From Planctomycetota bacterium (lineage in GTDB: Bacteria > Planctomycetota > UBA1135 > UBA2386), in the NCBI GenBank assembly GCA_965223545.1, contig OZ245006.1:2848001-2912000 (forward strand): a stretch of 64,000 nt of DNA. Reading direction: 5' to 3'. This document shows positions 47,382-56,924 of this stretch, piece by piece. The notes below the pieces were generated by a model. The model was not told where the DNA came from. It did no database searches and saw only the letters and a program-made list of their open reading frames with translations. The translations under genes and the position numbers were made by a program. Every line of letters begins with the position of its first letter. Position 1 is the stretch's first letter.

Positions 47382-48764
47382 TCACCCAGCCTCGGCGATC
47401 GGTACGAGCTTGTACCCGAGGGATTTAGCGTTCTGTCGGAGTCCGACGATGCGTCGCTGGGTGAAGCGCTCCTCGTAGGCCTTGGCGCCTTCGTCTACGT
47501 AGTCCTGGCCGAACTTCAGCATGCGGTAGATGAGCAGGGCCAGTTTGCGGGCGATGGCAAAGATGGCGACGTTGCCGTCCTTCGCGCGGGCGATCTTGCG
47601 GAAGTGTGCGCCGAGAGCTGTCTGAGTACGTTGGAGGGACAGGGCGGCCATCCGGAGGACCGTGGCGATCCTGCTGACCGCGATGTTGTTGCGGTGCTTC
47701 TTGATGCGCTTTCCACCCGAGACGGCTTGACGTGGGCACAGGCGTAGCCAGGAGACGAAGTGCTTCTCGGTCGGGAAAGCTTCGAGGTCGTAGCCGACCT
47801 CGGTGAGCACGATCATGGCCGTGCTCGGGCTGATACCGTCGATTCGCGTGAGATCACACCCGACGAGCCGGCAGAGGGCATCGCGAAGCTCCCGGCCGCC
47901 CTTCGTTCGGATGCTCCTCTCCTTGCGGGGGTCTGGATGCTCGGGGACGTCGGCCGTCTTGGCTTCCTCCGGTTGCAGGTCCTCGATCATCGCCATCAAT
48001 CGCTTCTCGACCGACTCGATCTCGTGGTCGGTGTGCTCGAGCATCCGCAAGCCCGAAGCGAGAGTGAAGATGTGCTCCTCGATCCAGGTCCCTTGCAAGT
48101 GATCCGCGAGCTCCTTCTCGGAGATCTTGCAGCGCGGATCACGCAGTCTGGCGAGCGCTCGAGGGTCGCGTTCACCAGCGAGAATCGCGCGGATGATCGC
48201 GAGGCCGGTCTTGCCGGTGATGTCCGTTACCGCGCGATGGATCGCCACGTTCATCTGATCCAGTGACCGCTGCATCAACTGCGTGTGGCGCGTGCGCTGC
48301 GCGATCAAAGACGCGGCATGGCGTTGCAGGGTCCGCAACGCACAGATGTCCTTCGGAGGCCGGAACGAAGCGCGAATGAGGCCATAGGTGTGTAGCTTCT
48401 GCAGCCAACTGCAATCGCTGGCATCGGACTTGGAGCGGCCCGGCACGTTCTTCACCTCGCGGGCATTCGCGAGGATGACCTCGAAGCCTCTCGACTCGAG
48501 TAGCTCGTAGACGGGAATCCAGTAGACATAGGTGCTCTCCATCGCGACGGATCGCACTCCGAGCTCCTCCAGCCAGTCCGCGAGCGCCTCTAGCTGGGGC
48601 GTCGTCGTTCCGAATCGCTTGATCGGACGACTGCCGTCGGGTGCTGCTGCGCACACCCAGTGCTCGCGGCTGCCGATGTCGATTCCGGCGGCGTTGGGCT
48701 TCACGACTGGCAATACTTCCGCTGCGGGCTTCTTGCCCTTCCTCGTTCTGCTCTTCCCAGCCAT
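47382..48764 (-). CDS. IS110-family DEDD transposase/recombinase
   Basis: AGIDIG, AMESTYVYW, KSDASDCSWL; IDGIS...EVG.D...FPT..HFVSWLRLCP...SGGK. Confidence 0.93.
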   Translation of the reverse strand: MAGKSRTRKGKKPAAEVLPVVKPNAAGIDIGSREHWVCAAAPDGSRPIKRFGTTTPQLEALADWLEELGVRSVAMESTYVYWIPVYELLESRGFEVILANAREVKNVPGRSKSDASDCSWLQKLHTYGLIRASFRPPKDICALRTLQRHAASLIAQRTRHTQLMQRSLDQMNVAIHRAVTDITGKTGLAIIRAILAGERDPRALARLRDPRCKISEKELADHLQGTWIEEHIFTLASGLRMLEHTDHEIESVEKRLMAMIEDLQPEEAKTADVPEHPDPRKERSIRTKGGRELRDALCRLVGCDLTRIDGISPSTAMIVLTEVGYDLEAFPTEKHFVSWLRLCPRQAVSGGKRIKKHRNNIAVSRIATVLRMAALSLQRTQTALGAHFRKIARAKDGNVAIFAIARKLALLIYRMLKFGQDYVDEGAKAYEERFTQRRIVGLRQNAKSLGYKLVPIAEAG

Positions 48765-48779
48765 ACTTCATCCTCATTG

Positions 48780-49010
48780 TTGTGGTGGGCCCGGCCCGAG
48801 GCGGCGATCAAACGAATCTGACCTGCGGGAGTGGGCACGGCGACGTGCCCCTCACCAGTGAAGGATGGCCAACTCGGACCCAGACTGGCTCTGGGGCAAA
48901 CGTGCTCCAGTGGCTATTGGGGGCGTAGCTGCCGGGCCCCTCACACGTTCCCCTCCCCCTTCCTCAGCGGCTAGTTTCCTGCCCTGAAGGGCCGACAAAT
49001 CTGCCGGGGC
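48780..49010 (-). ncRNA. Putative guide (bridge-type) RNA of IS110 copy 2 (limits approximate)
   Basis: Structured non-coding end containing GAGCCAGTC (matches the left junction) and CAGGTCAG (matches the right end). Confidence 0.5.
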
Positions 49011-49028
49011 AGGACTGGCTCCGTACGT

Positions 49029-50057
49029 TCATTTGGCGCAGCGGAAGCCGGTGTGGGAGAGGCCGGTGTCGGGGGAGGACTTCATGCGGGCGGAGGGTCG
49101 GTAGCCGGTGCAGTACTCGTCGCTGCAGAGGAACGAGCCGCCGCGCAGGACGCGCTTGGGCAGGCCGGGCTCCATCGGGTCGTAGCTCTCGGCCGGTCCT
49201 TGCGGATTGGTCTCGGGCGAGCTGCGGTAGTAGGCGGGGTGGTACCAGTCGGCGCACCACTCCCAGACGTTGCCCGACATGTCGTAGAGGCCGAAGCCGT
49301 TCGGCTTGAAGCTGCCCACCGGGGCGGTGCGCGGGTAGCCGTCGGTGGCGTCGTTCTGGGTGGGGAACCGCCCCTGCCAGATGTTGGTGTGCCAGACGCC
49401 GCCGGGGACCTTCTCGGCTCCCCAACAATAGGTCTGTCCAGCCAGTCCTCCGCGGGCGGCGTATTCCCATTCGGCCTCGGTCGGCAAGCGCTTGCCGGCC
49501 CACCGCGCGTAGGCCACCGCGTCGTCGTGCGCGACGTGCACCACGGGGTGCTGCTCGAGTCCGTCGATGGAGCTGTCGGGGCCGAGCGGGTGGCGCCAAT
49601 TCGCGCCCGGCACCCAGCTCCACCACGCGGCGAAGTCCTCGAGACCGACGGCGTCCGGCGGCGGCGTGAACACCAGCGAGCCGGCGGTCGGCTCTTCCTC
49701 CACGGGACCGGGGAAGTCGAGCACGTTGGGCACCTTCTCGGCGACGGTCACGTAGCCCGTCGCTTCGACGAACGCCGTGAACTGCGCGTTGGTGACCTCG
49801 TGCGCGTCGATCCAAAAACCGTCGAGGACGACCTCGTGCACCGGCTGCTCGTCGGCGAAGCCCTCGGCGGAGCCCATCGCAAAACGGCCCCCCGCGAGCC
49901 AGACCATGCCCTCGGGTGGTTGGTCCGGTGCCGGAACTCGGGCCGGGTCCTGGGCAGCGGTCGCCCCGCCGGCAACCGGGCCGGTTGCCGTGGCCTCGGT
50001 GCAGGCGGCGCCGGCACACCACGTCGAGCTGGCGATCAACAGCAGGGCGGCACGCAT
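49029..50057 (-). CDS. Formylglycine-generating enzyme (SUMF1/FGE-sulfatase) family protein
   Basis: FAMGS, HEVTNAQF, RLPTEAEWEYAARGG, GLYDMSGNVWEW, RGGSFLCSDEYC, GFRC. Confidence 0.92.
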   Translation of the reverse strand: MRAALLLIASSTWCAGAACTEATATGPVAGGATAAQDPARVPAPDQPPEGMVWLAGGRFAMGSAEGFADEQPVHEVVLDGFWIDAHEVTNAQFTAFVEATGYVTVAEKVPNVLDFPGPVEEEPTAGSLVFTPPPDAVGLEDFAAWWSWVPGANWRHPLGPDSSIDGLEQHPVVHVAHDDAVAYARWAGKRLPTEAEWEYAARGGLAGQTYCWGAEKVPGGVWHTNIWQGRFPTQNDATDGYPRTAPVGSFKPNGFGLYDMSGNVWEWCADWYHPAYYRSSPETNPQGPAESYDPMEPGLPKRVLRGGSFLCSDEYCTGYRPSARMKSSPDTGLSHTGFRCAK

Positions 50058-51295
50058 CACGCCAGCAGGATAGCGCGAAAGTCGTTGACGTTGGTGCGGG
50101 TCGGCCCGGTGTGGAGCAGATCGCCAAGAGTGCGGAAGAACGCGTGACTGTCGTTGGCGGCGAGCGCTCGCTCCGCGTCGAGGCCGACCGCGGCGGCCCG
50201 CGCCAGCGTGTCGGGCGCGACGAGGCAGCCCGCGTTGTCCTCGGTGCCGTCGACGCCGTCGGTGTCCGCCGCCAGCGCCCACACTCCCGGCGCACCCGCC
50301 AGCGCCCGCGCCAACGCCAGTGCGTACTCGCCGTTGGGACCACCGCGTCCGTCGCCGCGCACCACCACCGTCGCCTCGCCACCCGATAGCAACACCCGCG
50401 GCCGCGGCGCCAACGCCGTCGCCAAGGCTGCGCGCGCGTGCTCCACCGCCAAGGCGCTCGCCTCGCCCTCGAGCGCGGCCCCGCAGAGCACCGGCTCCAC
50501 GCCGCGCGCCCGCGCCCGGTCGGCCGCCGCGCGCAGCGCTTGCGCCGGCGTCGCCACCAGCGTCCACGTCGAGCGCGCCAGCCGCGGATCGTCGGGCTTG
50601 GGCGTCTCGTGTGCAGCCAGCGCCCGCGCCACGGCTGGTGGCACCGGCACGCCACGGCGCGCCAGCACGGCGCGCGCTTCGTCGGCGGTGGTCGGGTCGC
50701 CCACCGTCGGCCCCGACGCGATCACCGACGGGTCGTCCCCGGCGACGTCCGAGATCAGCAGCGCATGCACGGCGGCGGGCGCCGCCGCCGCAGCCAACCG
50801 CCCCCCCTTGATCGCCGACAGGTGCTTGCGCACGCAGTTGAGCTCGGCGATCGGCGCGCCACTGCGCAGCAATCCCCGCGTGACCGCTCGCTTCTCCTCG
50901 AGCGGCACCCCGTCGATCGGCGCGGTCCACAGCGCCGAGCCCCCGCCCGAGAGCAGACACAGCACGAGGTCCTCGGGCCCGAGGCCGGCGACGCGGCGCA
51001 GCACCTCTCGGGCGGCGTCGAGCCCGGCGCCATCCGGCAGCGGATGGCCGGCCTCGACCACCTCGATGCGCCGGCAATCGACGCCGTGGCCGTAGCGGGT
51101 GACCACGAGGCCGTCCACGTCCGGCCACTCGCGCTCCACCGCCCGGGCCATCGCTGCAGCAGCCTTTCCGGCACCGACGACGACGACGCGGCCGCGCGGC
51201 CGCGCCGGCAAGTGCGGCGCCACCACGCGCTCGGGCGCCGCCGCAGCGACGGCCGCTTCGAACAACTCGATCAGAAAAGCGCGCGGGTCGATCAT
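50057..51295 (-). CDS. Glycerate kinase type 2 (hydroxypyruvate reductase / MOFRL family)
   Basis: VGAGKA, EAGHPLPD, LSGGGSAL, RKHLSAIKGG, ISDV.GD, GPTRTNVND. Confidence 0.92.
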   Translation of the reverse strand: MIDPRAFLIELFEAAVAAAAPERVVAPHLPARPRGRVVVVGAGKAAAAMARAVEREWPDVDGLVVTRYGHGVDCRRIEVVEAGHPLPDGAGLDAAREVLRRVAGLGPEDLVLCLLSGGGSALWTAPIDGVPLEEKRAVTRGLLRSGAPIAELNCVRKHLSAIKGGRLAAAAAPAAVHALLISDVAGDDPSVIASGPTVGDPTTADEARAVLARRGVPVPPAVARALAAHETPKPDDPRLARSTWTLVATPAQALRAAADRARARGVEPVLCGAALEGEASALAVEHARAALATALAPRPRVLLSGGEATVVVRGDGRGGPNGEYALALARALAGAPGVWALAADTDGVDGTEDNAGCLVAPDTLARAAAVGLDAERALAANDSHAFFRTLGDLLHTGPTRTNVNDFRAILLA

Positions 51296-51639
51296 GCACT
51301 CAGCGTGAACCCCGACGCATGATGCGCTGCCGCCTGTCCGCGGACCAGCCTCGACGACCCAGTCCGGGGCGTCGGGCTCGACACAGCCGCCCCGCCACGC
51401 TCCCCTAATGCCTCGGCTCCTTGTGGAACTCAGCGCGGCCGAGGCCGCAAACCAAACACGGAGCATTCCGCGACCCGAGCGTCGGTCGCCGGTCCCGCGG
51501 TCGCCGGCGGCCCGCGCTGAGCCCAGAGGCCAGTGTTGTCTTCGAGCCTCCGGGAGCTGCGTTGTCGAAGTTCCAGCGGCATCGAGCCTTCCGAAAGGTT
51601 GTCGCCGCGCGAAGATTTGCGGACCCTGAGGCTCAGAGT

Positions 51640-53025
51640 ATGAGCATCGCCATCCAGTTCTTGGGTGCCGCCCGGCACGTCACCGGCAGCAAGTACCTGA
51701 TCTCGATCAACGACAAGAACGTCCTGCTCGAGTGCGGCATGGTCCAGGGCCCGCGGGAGATCGCCAACCGAGCGAACCGCAACCTGCCGCTGGACCCAAC
51801 CAAGGTCGATGCCGTCGTCCTCTCCCATGCGCACATCGACCACTCCGGCTCGCTGCCGCGGCTGGTCAAGACCGGTTTCGACGGCGCGATCCACTGCACC
51901 GAGGCCACCGAGAGCTTGCTCGGCATCATGCTGCCCGACTCGGCGCACATCCAGGCCTCGGACGCGCGTTACCTGGCGCGCAAAGGACACGAGGTCGAGC
52001 CGGCCTACGACATCGACGACGTCAAGCGCACGCTGCGCATGACCCGCGGCGTGCCCTACTACCAGCGGACCGAGGTGCTGCCGGGCGTCTCGGTGGAGTT
52101 CCTCGACGCCGGCCACATTCTCGGCGCGGCGATGGTGGTCCTCGATCTCGACGACGGGCAGCACCAGGTGCGGCTCTCGTTCACCGGCGATCACGGGCGC
52201 AAGAACCTGCCGATCCTCCGCGATCCGGACCGACTGCCGCCCAGTGAGTTCGTGCTCACCGAATCGACGTACGGCAACCGACTGCACGAGTCGCAGACCG
52301 ATCTCGAAGAGGCGCTGGCGTCGGTCGTCAACGACGAGATCCGCGACCACGGACGCATCCTGATCCCCGCCTTCTCGGTCGGCCGCACCCAGAGTGTCGT
52401 GCTGTTCTTGGGCAACCTGATGGCGCGCGGCGCGATCCCGGAGATCCCGATCTGGGTCGACTCACCGCTCAGCACCAAGGCCACCAAGGTCATGGCACGC
52501 CACCCCGAGGTCTTCGACGACGAGACGCGCGCGATCTTGGAGAGCAATCGCAACCCCTTCTTCTTCGATGGCGTGCGCTACGTCGCCGACGTCGAGGAGA
52601 GCCGCAGCCTCAACGACGTGCGCGAGGGCGTGATCGTCTCGGCGTCGGGGATGTGCGAGTCGGGCCGTATCCTGCACCACCTCAAGCGCACCATCCCTCG
52701 CCGCGAGGACTGTGTGCTGATGGTCGGCTACCAGGCAACCGGCACGCTCGGCCGCAAGCTGCTCGACGGCTACGAACAGGTGCGCGTGCTCGGCGACCGG
52801 CTGCCGGTGCGTTGTCGGGTGCGCGCCGTCGGTGGCCTGTCGGCGCATGCCGACTACAACGAGCTGATGGAGCACACCGATCACCTCGCCGCGGCCGCGG
52901 AGTGCGTGTTCGTCGTACACGGTGAGGAAGATCCGGCGATGATCCACGCCGATCGACTGCGCGACGCCGGCTTCGGCAACGTCGAGGTGCCGGTGCGCAC
53001 GCAGCGCTTCGTGCTGCGCAAGTAG
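51640..53025 (+). CDS. MBL-fold / beta-CASP ribonuclease
   Basis: LGAARHVTGS, SHAHIDHSG, AGHILG, ESTYG, IPAFSVGRTQ, SAHAD, VHGE. Confidence 0.92.
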   Translation: MSIAIQFLGAARHVTGSKYLISINDKNVLLECGMVQGPREIANRANRNLPLDPTKVDAVVLSHAHIDHSGSLPRLVKTGFDGAIHCTEATESLLGIMLPDSAHIQASDARYLARKGHEVEPAYDIDDVKRTLRMTRGVPYYQRTEVLPGVSVEFLDAGHILGAAMVVLDLDDGQHQVRLSFTGDHGRKNLPILRDPDRLPPSEFVLTESTYGNRLHESQTDLEEALASVVNDEIRDHGRILIPAFSVGRTQSVVLFLGNLMARGAIPEIPIWVDSPLSTKATKVMARHPEVFDDETRAILESNRNPFFFDGVRYVADVEESRSLNDVREGVIVSASGMCESGRILHHLKRTIPRREDCVLMVGYQATGTLGRKLLDGYEQVRVLGDRLPVRCRVRAVGGLSAHADYNELMEHTDHLAAAAECVFVVHGEEDPAMIHADRLRDAGFGNVEVPVRTQRFVLRK

Positions 53026-53159
53026 CGCTCGGGCGAGATCAGGTCGCAAGCCGTTCCCGGCGAGTGACCGCCGCGGTGGCGCAGACTACCAGACCCCGTG
53101 CACAAGTCTCGCTCACGTCGGGCGAGACCGTGTACGCATCACGGACTAGGGGGTCACTC

Positions 53160-54162
53160 ATGCAAGCTCGTTCCTTGTGCGCAGTCCGCTCGGACTCACC
53201 GCACCCATTGCCGCTCAGCCCCAAGTGGCCCCGACCGGCTACGAAGGCATCGAAGGGGAGACATATCTGAACGGCCTTGCCGGCAGATTGACTCGGGTAC
53301 AGCAGATTCACGGCGACATTCGCGGCCCGCGCACGATCACTGCCCTCGCCTGGCGGCGCGATGCACTGGAACCAACGGGGCCCCTGACGAACCCGCACCA
53401 ATCCAGGTCATCGTGCGTGTCGGAATGGGAGACCCCGCGCGTGCCACCGGCGACTTCAACGCCATTTTCATCGGCGGATCGACCATCGTCTACTCCGGGC
53501 CGGTCTGGCCGCCGCAATGGCGTTCGCCGGCCGCGTCCACTCCGGCGCCGTTCGACTTCGGGATCGCCTTCAGCCAACCGTTCGCCCTGCCGGCCGGGCC
53601 GGGGTTCGTGTGGGAGATCAGTGCGGCCTCCGACGTCCTCGGCCACGCAGACATGGTGCCGCAACACAACCTGGCTGTGGCCGAACCACTCGGCACGGGC
53701 TGCCTCTCGACTCCACAGACGAGAAGGACGGCCGGCAGTGCCGTGACTGCGATCGATCCGACGCAGCAGCTGGACATGCTGGTGTACGGCAGCGTGCTGA
53801 CTCCGCTCGCACCCGCCGCACTGCTCCTCGGCGCCAGCGATCCCAACCTGACCGTGCCGGGCCTCTGTTCCGCGGTTCGCAGCGACGATCTGATCATCGC
53901 GCCGACCACGACGGACGCGGGTGGCAACGCCAGCGTCCGCCTGCAGACGGCGTTTCGTCCGGCCTTCCTGGGAGGCTCGATCTACGCGCAGTTCGCCACG
54001 CTGGACGCGAACCAACCCGGGTTGCCGATCGGTCTCTCCAACGGGCTCCGCCAAACCGTGCCAGCGCCCAGGCCGGCCCCATCCGGCACCGCTGTGCTGA
54101 GCCATGGCGGCCCCACGCCACAGGTGTTGAGCGACTACGCGATCGTCACTCAGGTGCGGTAG
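53160..54162 (+). pseudogene. Frameshifted secreted protein with shared C-terminal domain
   Basis: Signal peptide, APTGYEGIEG...AWRRD segment and IQVIVRVGMG...GTGC...LSNGL segment lie in three different frames. Confidence 0.65.
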
Positions 54163-54178
54163 CAAACGCGGCGCCCAC

Positions 54179-55558
54179 TCAGTCGCCGATCACCAACACC
54201 AACCCCTGCGTCATCGCGACGAGCCGGACCCGCAGCGGATCGAACACGACGGCCTGCGCGTGCAGCCGCATGCCGGTGAGCGACGGATCCAGTGGAATCG
54301 GCACGGTCTGTCGCTGGCTGCCACCGAGGCTCGTGGTGCGCCAGGTCGCGTCGAGCAGCCGGTGCGGATCGAGCCACCAGACGCAGCGGTCGTCGAGCGG
54401 CCGGGGGCCGGCTCCCGCCGACAACAGAAAGGCCACTGCGTGCAGACTCGGGGCACCGGCGATCGCGAGCGAGAAGCTCGAGGAACCGAGAGCCGGAACG
54501 CCCGACGCGGACAACAGCGGCGTCGACACGCCTCGACCGCAGCCAGCACCGATCGTCTGCACCGAGGCCGGCACTGTGTTGCCGTAGACCCAGGCGTCGC
54601 GCTGCCACAGCGTCGTCCCGTCCAAACCTCCGTACAGAACCAGCCGCTGGCGCGTCTCGTCGTAGGCCGCCCCGGCTCCTGCCCGTGCGGTCGGAGCGGT
54701 CCCGAACGAGCGCAGCTGCCAGCTCCGCCCGTCCCATTCCCACGTGTCGCCGAGGAGCCCACCACCGTCCCGATCACGACCGCCGAAGAGGACCACAACG
54801 CCGCGATCGCGGTCGTACGCCATCGCGTGTTCCCCGCGCGCGGCCGGCGCCGGACCGGCGATCGCGCTCCACCCGACGCCATCCCAAGCCCAAGAATCCG
54901 CCAATCCCCGCCCGATGGTATCGAACCCGCCGAACAAGAGCAGCCGACCGGGGCTCGCACCGGCAACCAGGCGGTGGGCCCGCCGGGGCGGTGGCCTCAC
55001 AGCCGGCGCACGACGGGTCCACGAAGTACCGTCCCATTCCCACGTGTCGTCGAGCAGACTCCCGCTCGCATCGGAACCGCCGAACAGCACGACGCGCTGG
55101 CGCGCGGGGTCGTACCCCATGGCGTGACGCGAGCGTCGCGGGGGACTGCCGGTCGACTGCCGAACAGTCCAAGCACTTCCATCCCACTCCCAGGTGTCAC
55201 CGAGGATAGCCCCATTGCCGTCCTCGCCTCCGAACAGCACGACCCGCGCTCGAGCCGCATCGTACACCATCCCATGGTCGCGCCGCGCCCCCGGGCCACC
55301 TGCCCCGCCAGCCGCCGACCACGCGACGCCATCCCAAACAAAGGTGCCGCCGAGCACGATCCCCGCCATCCAGGATCCGCCGTGCAGCACGACCTGGCGG
55401 CGCGCCGCGTCGAACGCCATGTCGAACCGGTCGCGTTGCGAAGGCTGGCCGATCGCGGTCTTCAGCACCCACGAGGGCTGCGTGACCTGGGCATCGACCA
55501 CTGACGAAACCAGGCCCGCGACAGCCAAACAAAAACCGATGCGGGTGTTCTCTTGCAT
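54179..55558 (-). CDS. Secreted Kelch-repeat protein with shared C-terminal domain
   Basis: Signal ending VDAQ; about six repeats M.YD.AR.RVVLFGG...DTWEWDG. Confidence 0.88.
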   Translation of the reverse strand: MQENTRIGFCLAVAGLVSSVVDAQVTQPSWVLKTAIGQPSQRDRFDMAFDAARRQVVLHGGSWMAGIVLGGTFVWDGVAWSAAGGAGGPGARRDHGMVYDAARARVVLFGGEDGNGAILGDTWEWDGSAWTVRQSTGSPPRRSRHAMGYDPARQRVVLFGGSDASGSLLDDTWEWDGTSWTRRAPAVRPPPRRAHRLVAGASPGRLLLFGGFDTIGRGLADSWAWDGVGWSAIAGPAPAARGEHAMAYDRDRGVVVLFGGRDRDGGGLLGDTWEWDGRSWQLRSFGTAPTARAGAGAAYDETRQRLVLYGGLDGTTLWQRDAWVYGNTVPASVQTIGAGCGRGVSTPLLSASGVPALGSSSFSLAIAGAPSLHAVAFLLSAGAGPRPLDDRCVWWLDPHRLLDATWRTTSLGGSQRQTVPIPLDPSLTGMRLHAQAVVFDPLRVRLVAMTQGLVLVIGD

Positions 55559-55581
55559 GGGCGAGATACGGGCCGGAGGGT

Positions 55582-56277
55582 TCAGACTCCCCGCAGCGCG
55601 TCGAGCTGCTCGCGCAGTTGGGCGAGCTCGGACTCGAGCTGTGCAACGCGAGTCTCGAGAGCACGGAAGTCGTCGTCCGAGAACGCGGGGGTCGCAGTGG
55701 TTGAGGGAGCGGGCGTCGGCGGGGCCGTGGATGTGGGGCGCGGCACGAGGGTGTCGCCCTCAACGGCCGCCTCAGCGCTCGCCTCAACCTCGGTGCCGTC
55801 GCCCAGACAGTGCGCCCAACGCGCGTCGCGCTCGCGCGGCCGTCGCGGCTGGAGCTGCGCGAGCGGATCGCCGACGCGCTCGCGCAGCGAGGCCAGCACC
55901 GCCAGCACGTCGTCGGGCCCACCGTGGAACCCCATCCGCGCAACCCGCGGTTTGAGCGCGCCCGGTGCCTGTGGACCGCGAACCAACAACTCGGCGAGCA
56001 CTGCCTTCTGCCGTTCGTCGAGCCCGAGTTTCTGATCGACGTCGTGCCGGTAGTGATCGGCGCGCGCCCCCTCGACCTTGATCACCCAGCCCTCGAGCTG
56101 CAGGGCCATCAGCGCGCCGGCGATCTCGAAGTCTTCGAGCTCCATGACGGGATCGCGGTTGCTCTTCTGGTTGCAGCCGGCGAGCAGCGCATTCAGAGTC
56201 ATCGGGTACGAGTCGGGAACGGCGAGCTGCTTCTCGATCAGCACGCCGACGATGCGCTGTTGGGTCCGGTCCAGCAT
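55582..56277 (-). CDS. DUF480 / YceH-family protein
   Basis: RIVGVLIEKQ..PDSYPMTLNAL..GCNQKSNRDPVM; LLVRGPQ; ARWAHCL. Confidence 0.88.
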   Translation of the reverse strand: MLDRTQQRIVGVLIEKQLAVPDSYPMTLNALLAGCNQKSNRDPVMELEDFEIAGALMALQLEGWVIKVEGARADHYRHDVDQKLGLDERQKAVLAELLVRGPQAPGALKPRVARMGFHGGPDDVLAVLASLRERVGDPLAQLQPRRPRERDARWAHCLGDGTEVEASAEAAVEGDTLVPRPTSTAPPTPAPSTTATPAFSDDDFRALETRVAQLESELAQLREQLDALRGV

Positions 56278-56356
56278 GGCAGTCAGGGGTCGTCGCGGAC
56301 CGCCAGTCTTCGCACGCCGGCTGCGGATTTGGAAGCCCCGCCCCACGGAGCGGTGA

Positions 56357-56845
56357 TCAGAGCCGCTTGGCGAAGCACCGCACGAGCCCGGCATCGGCGA
56401 AACCTACGGCGCGGTGCGCAGCCACGCTGACCGCATTGTCGGGCGCGGCGTCGGAGGCGAACTCGACACAACCCTGCGCGCGCCCCCAGCTTTCGGCTGC
56501 CGTGACGAGGGCGCGGCCGACACCCTGCCGCCGGGCGGAATCCCCGACGAACCAGCCCTCCAGATACGCTACGTGACTCGTCGCGCAGCCCTCAGCGTAC
56601 GGACGAATGGATACTTCCGCCATGCCGACGGCCTCGCCACCGCGCCAGGCGATCAGTGCGATCCAAGGACCACGCGGGAACTCGCCGGCGAAGTACTGCT
56701 CGACCTCGTCGCGATGCTCGTCGGCGGAGCCGTCGGGCCAAAGGGCGCGGCGCATCGCGGTCCAGACCGCGGCATCGGCGGGCTCGACGGGAAGCACGCG
56801 GAGTGCTCGGGGTGCGTCTCGTGCGTGCGCTCGGGAATCCGTCAT
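56357..56845 (-). CDS. GNAT acetyltransferase, aminoglycoside 6'-N-acetyltransferase-like
   Basis: MRRALWP, AEVSIRPYAEGC, VAYLEGWFV, RRQGVGRAL, EFASDA..DN..S..AH..GF. Confidence 0.8.
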   Translation of the reverse strand: MTDSRAHARDAPRALRVLPVEPADAAVWTAMRRALWPDGSADEHRDEVEQYFAGEFPRGPWIALIAWRGGEAVGMAEVSIRPYAEGCATSHVAYLEGWFVGDSARRQGVGRALVTAAESWGRAQGCVEFASDAAPDNAVSVAAHRAVGFADAGLVRCFAKRL

Positions 56846-56924
56846 CGGCGAAAGGAGAAGGGACCGAGACCCGCCGAAGAGGGGCTGGCACTCAGCGGCC
56901 GGGTCGTCGAGCATCTTCGCCGAC

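Larger units (their letters stand above)
47370..49014 (-). mobile_element. IS110-family element (copy 2), CAG core at both junctions
   Basis: CTG at 47370-47372 and 49015-49017; removing the element restores a hairpin; internal copies of both junction sequences. Confidence 0.72.

Noticed and set aside
49029..51299. 756-aa FGE fusion ORF
   Set aside because: The upstream part is an alternate frame of the glycerate kinase gene; the FGE protein starts at 50057 with its own signal peptide
54560..55430. Regularly spaced DNA repeats (e.g. CCCATTCCCACGTGTCG) resembling an array
   Set aside because: They encode Kelch TWEWDG protein repeats; there are no unique spacers or cas genes, so this is not CRISPR
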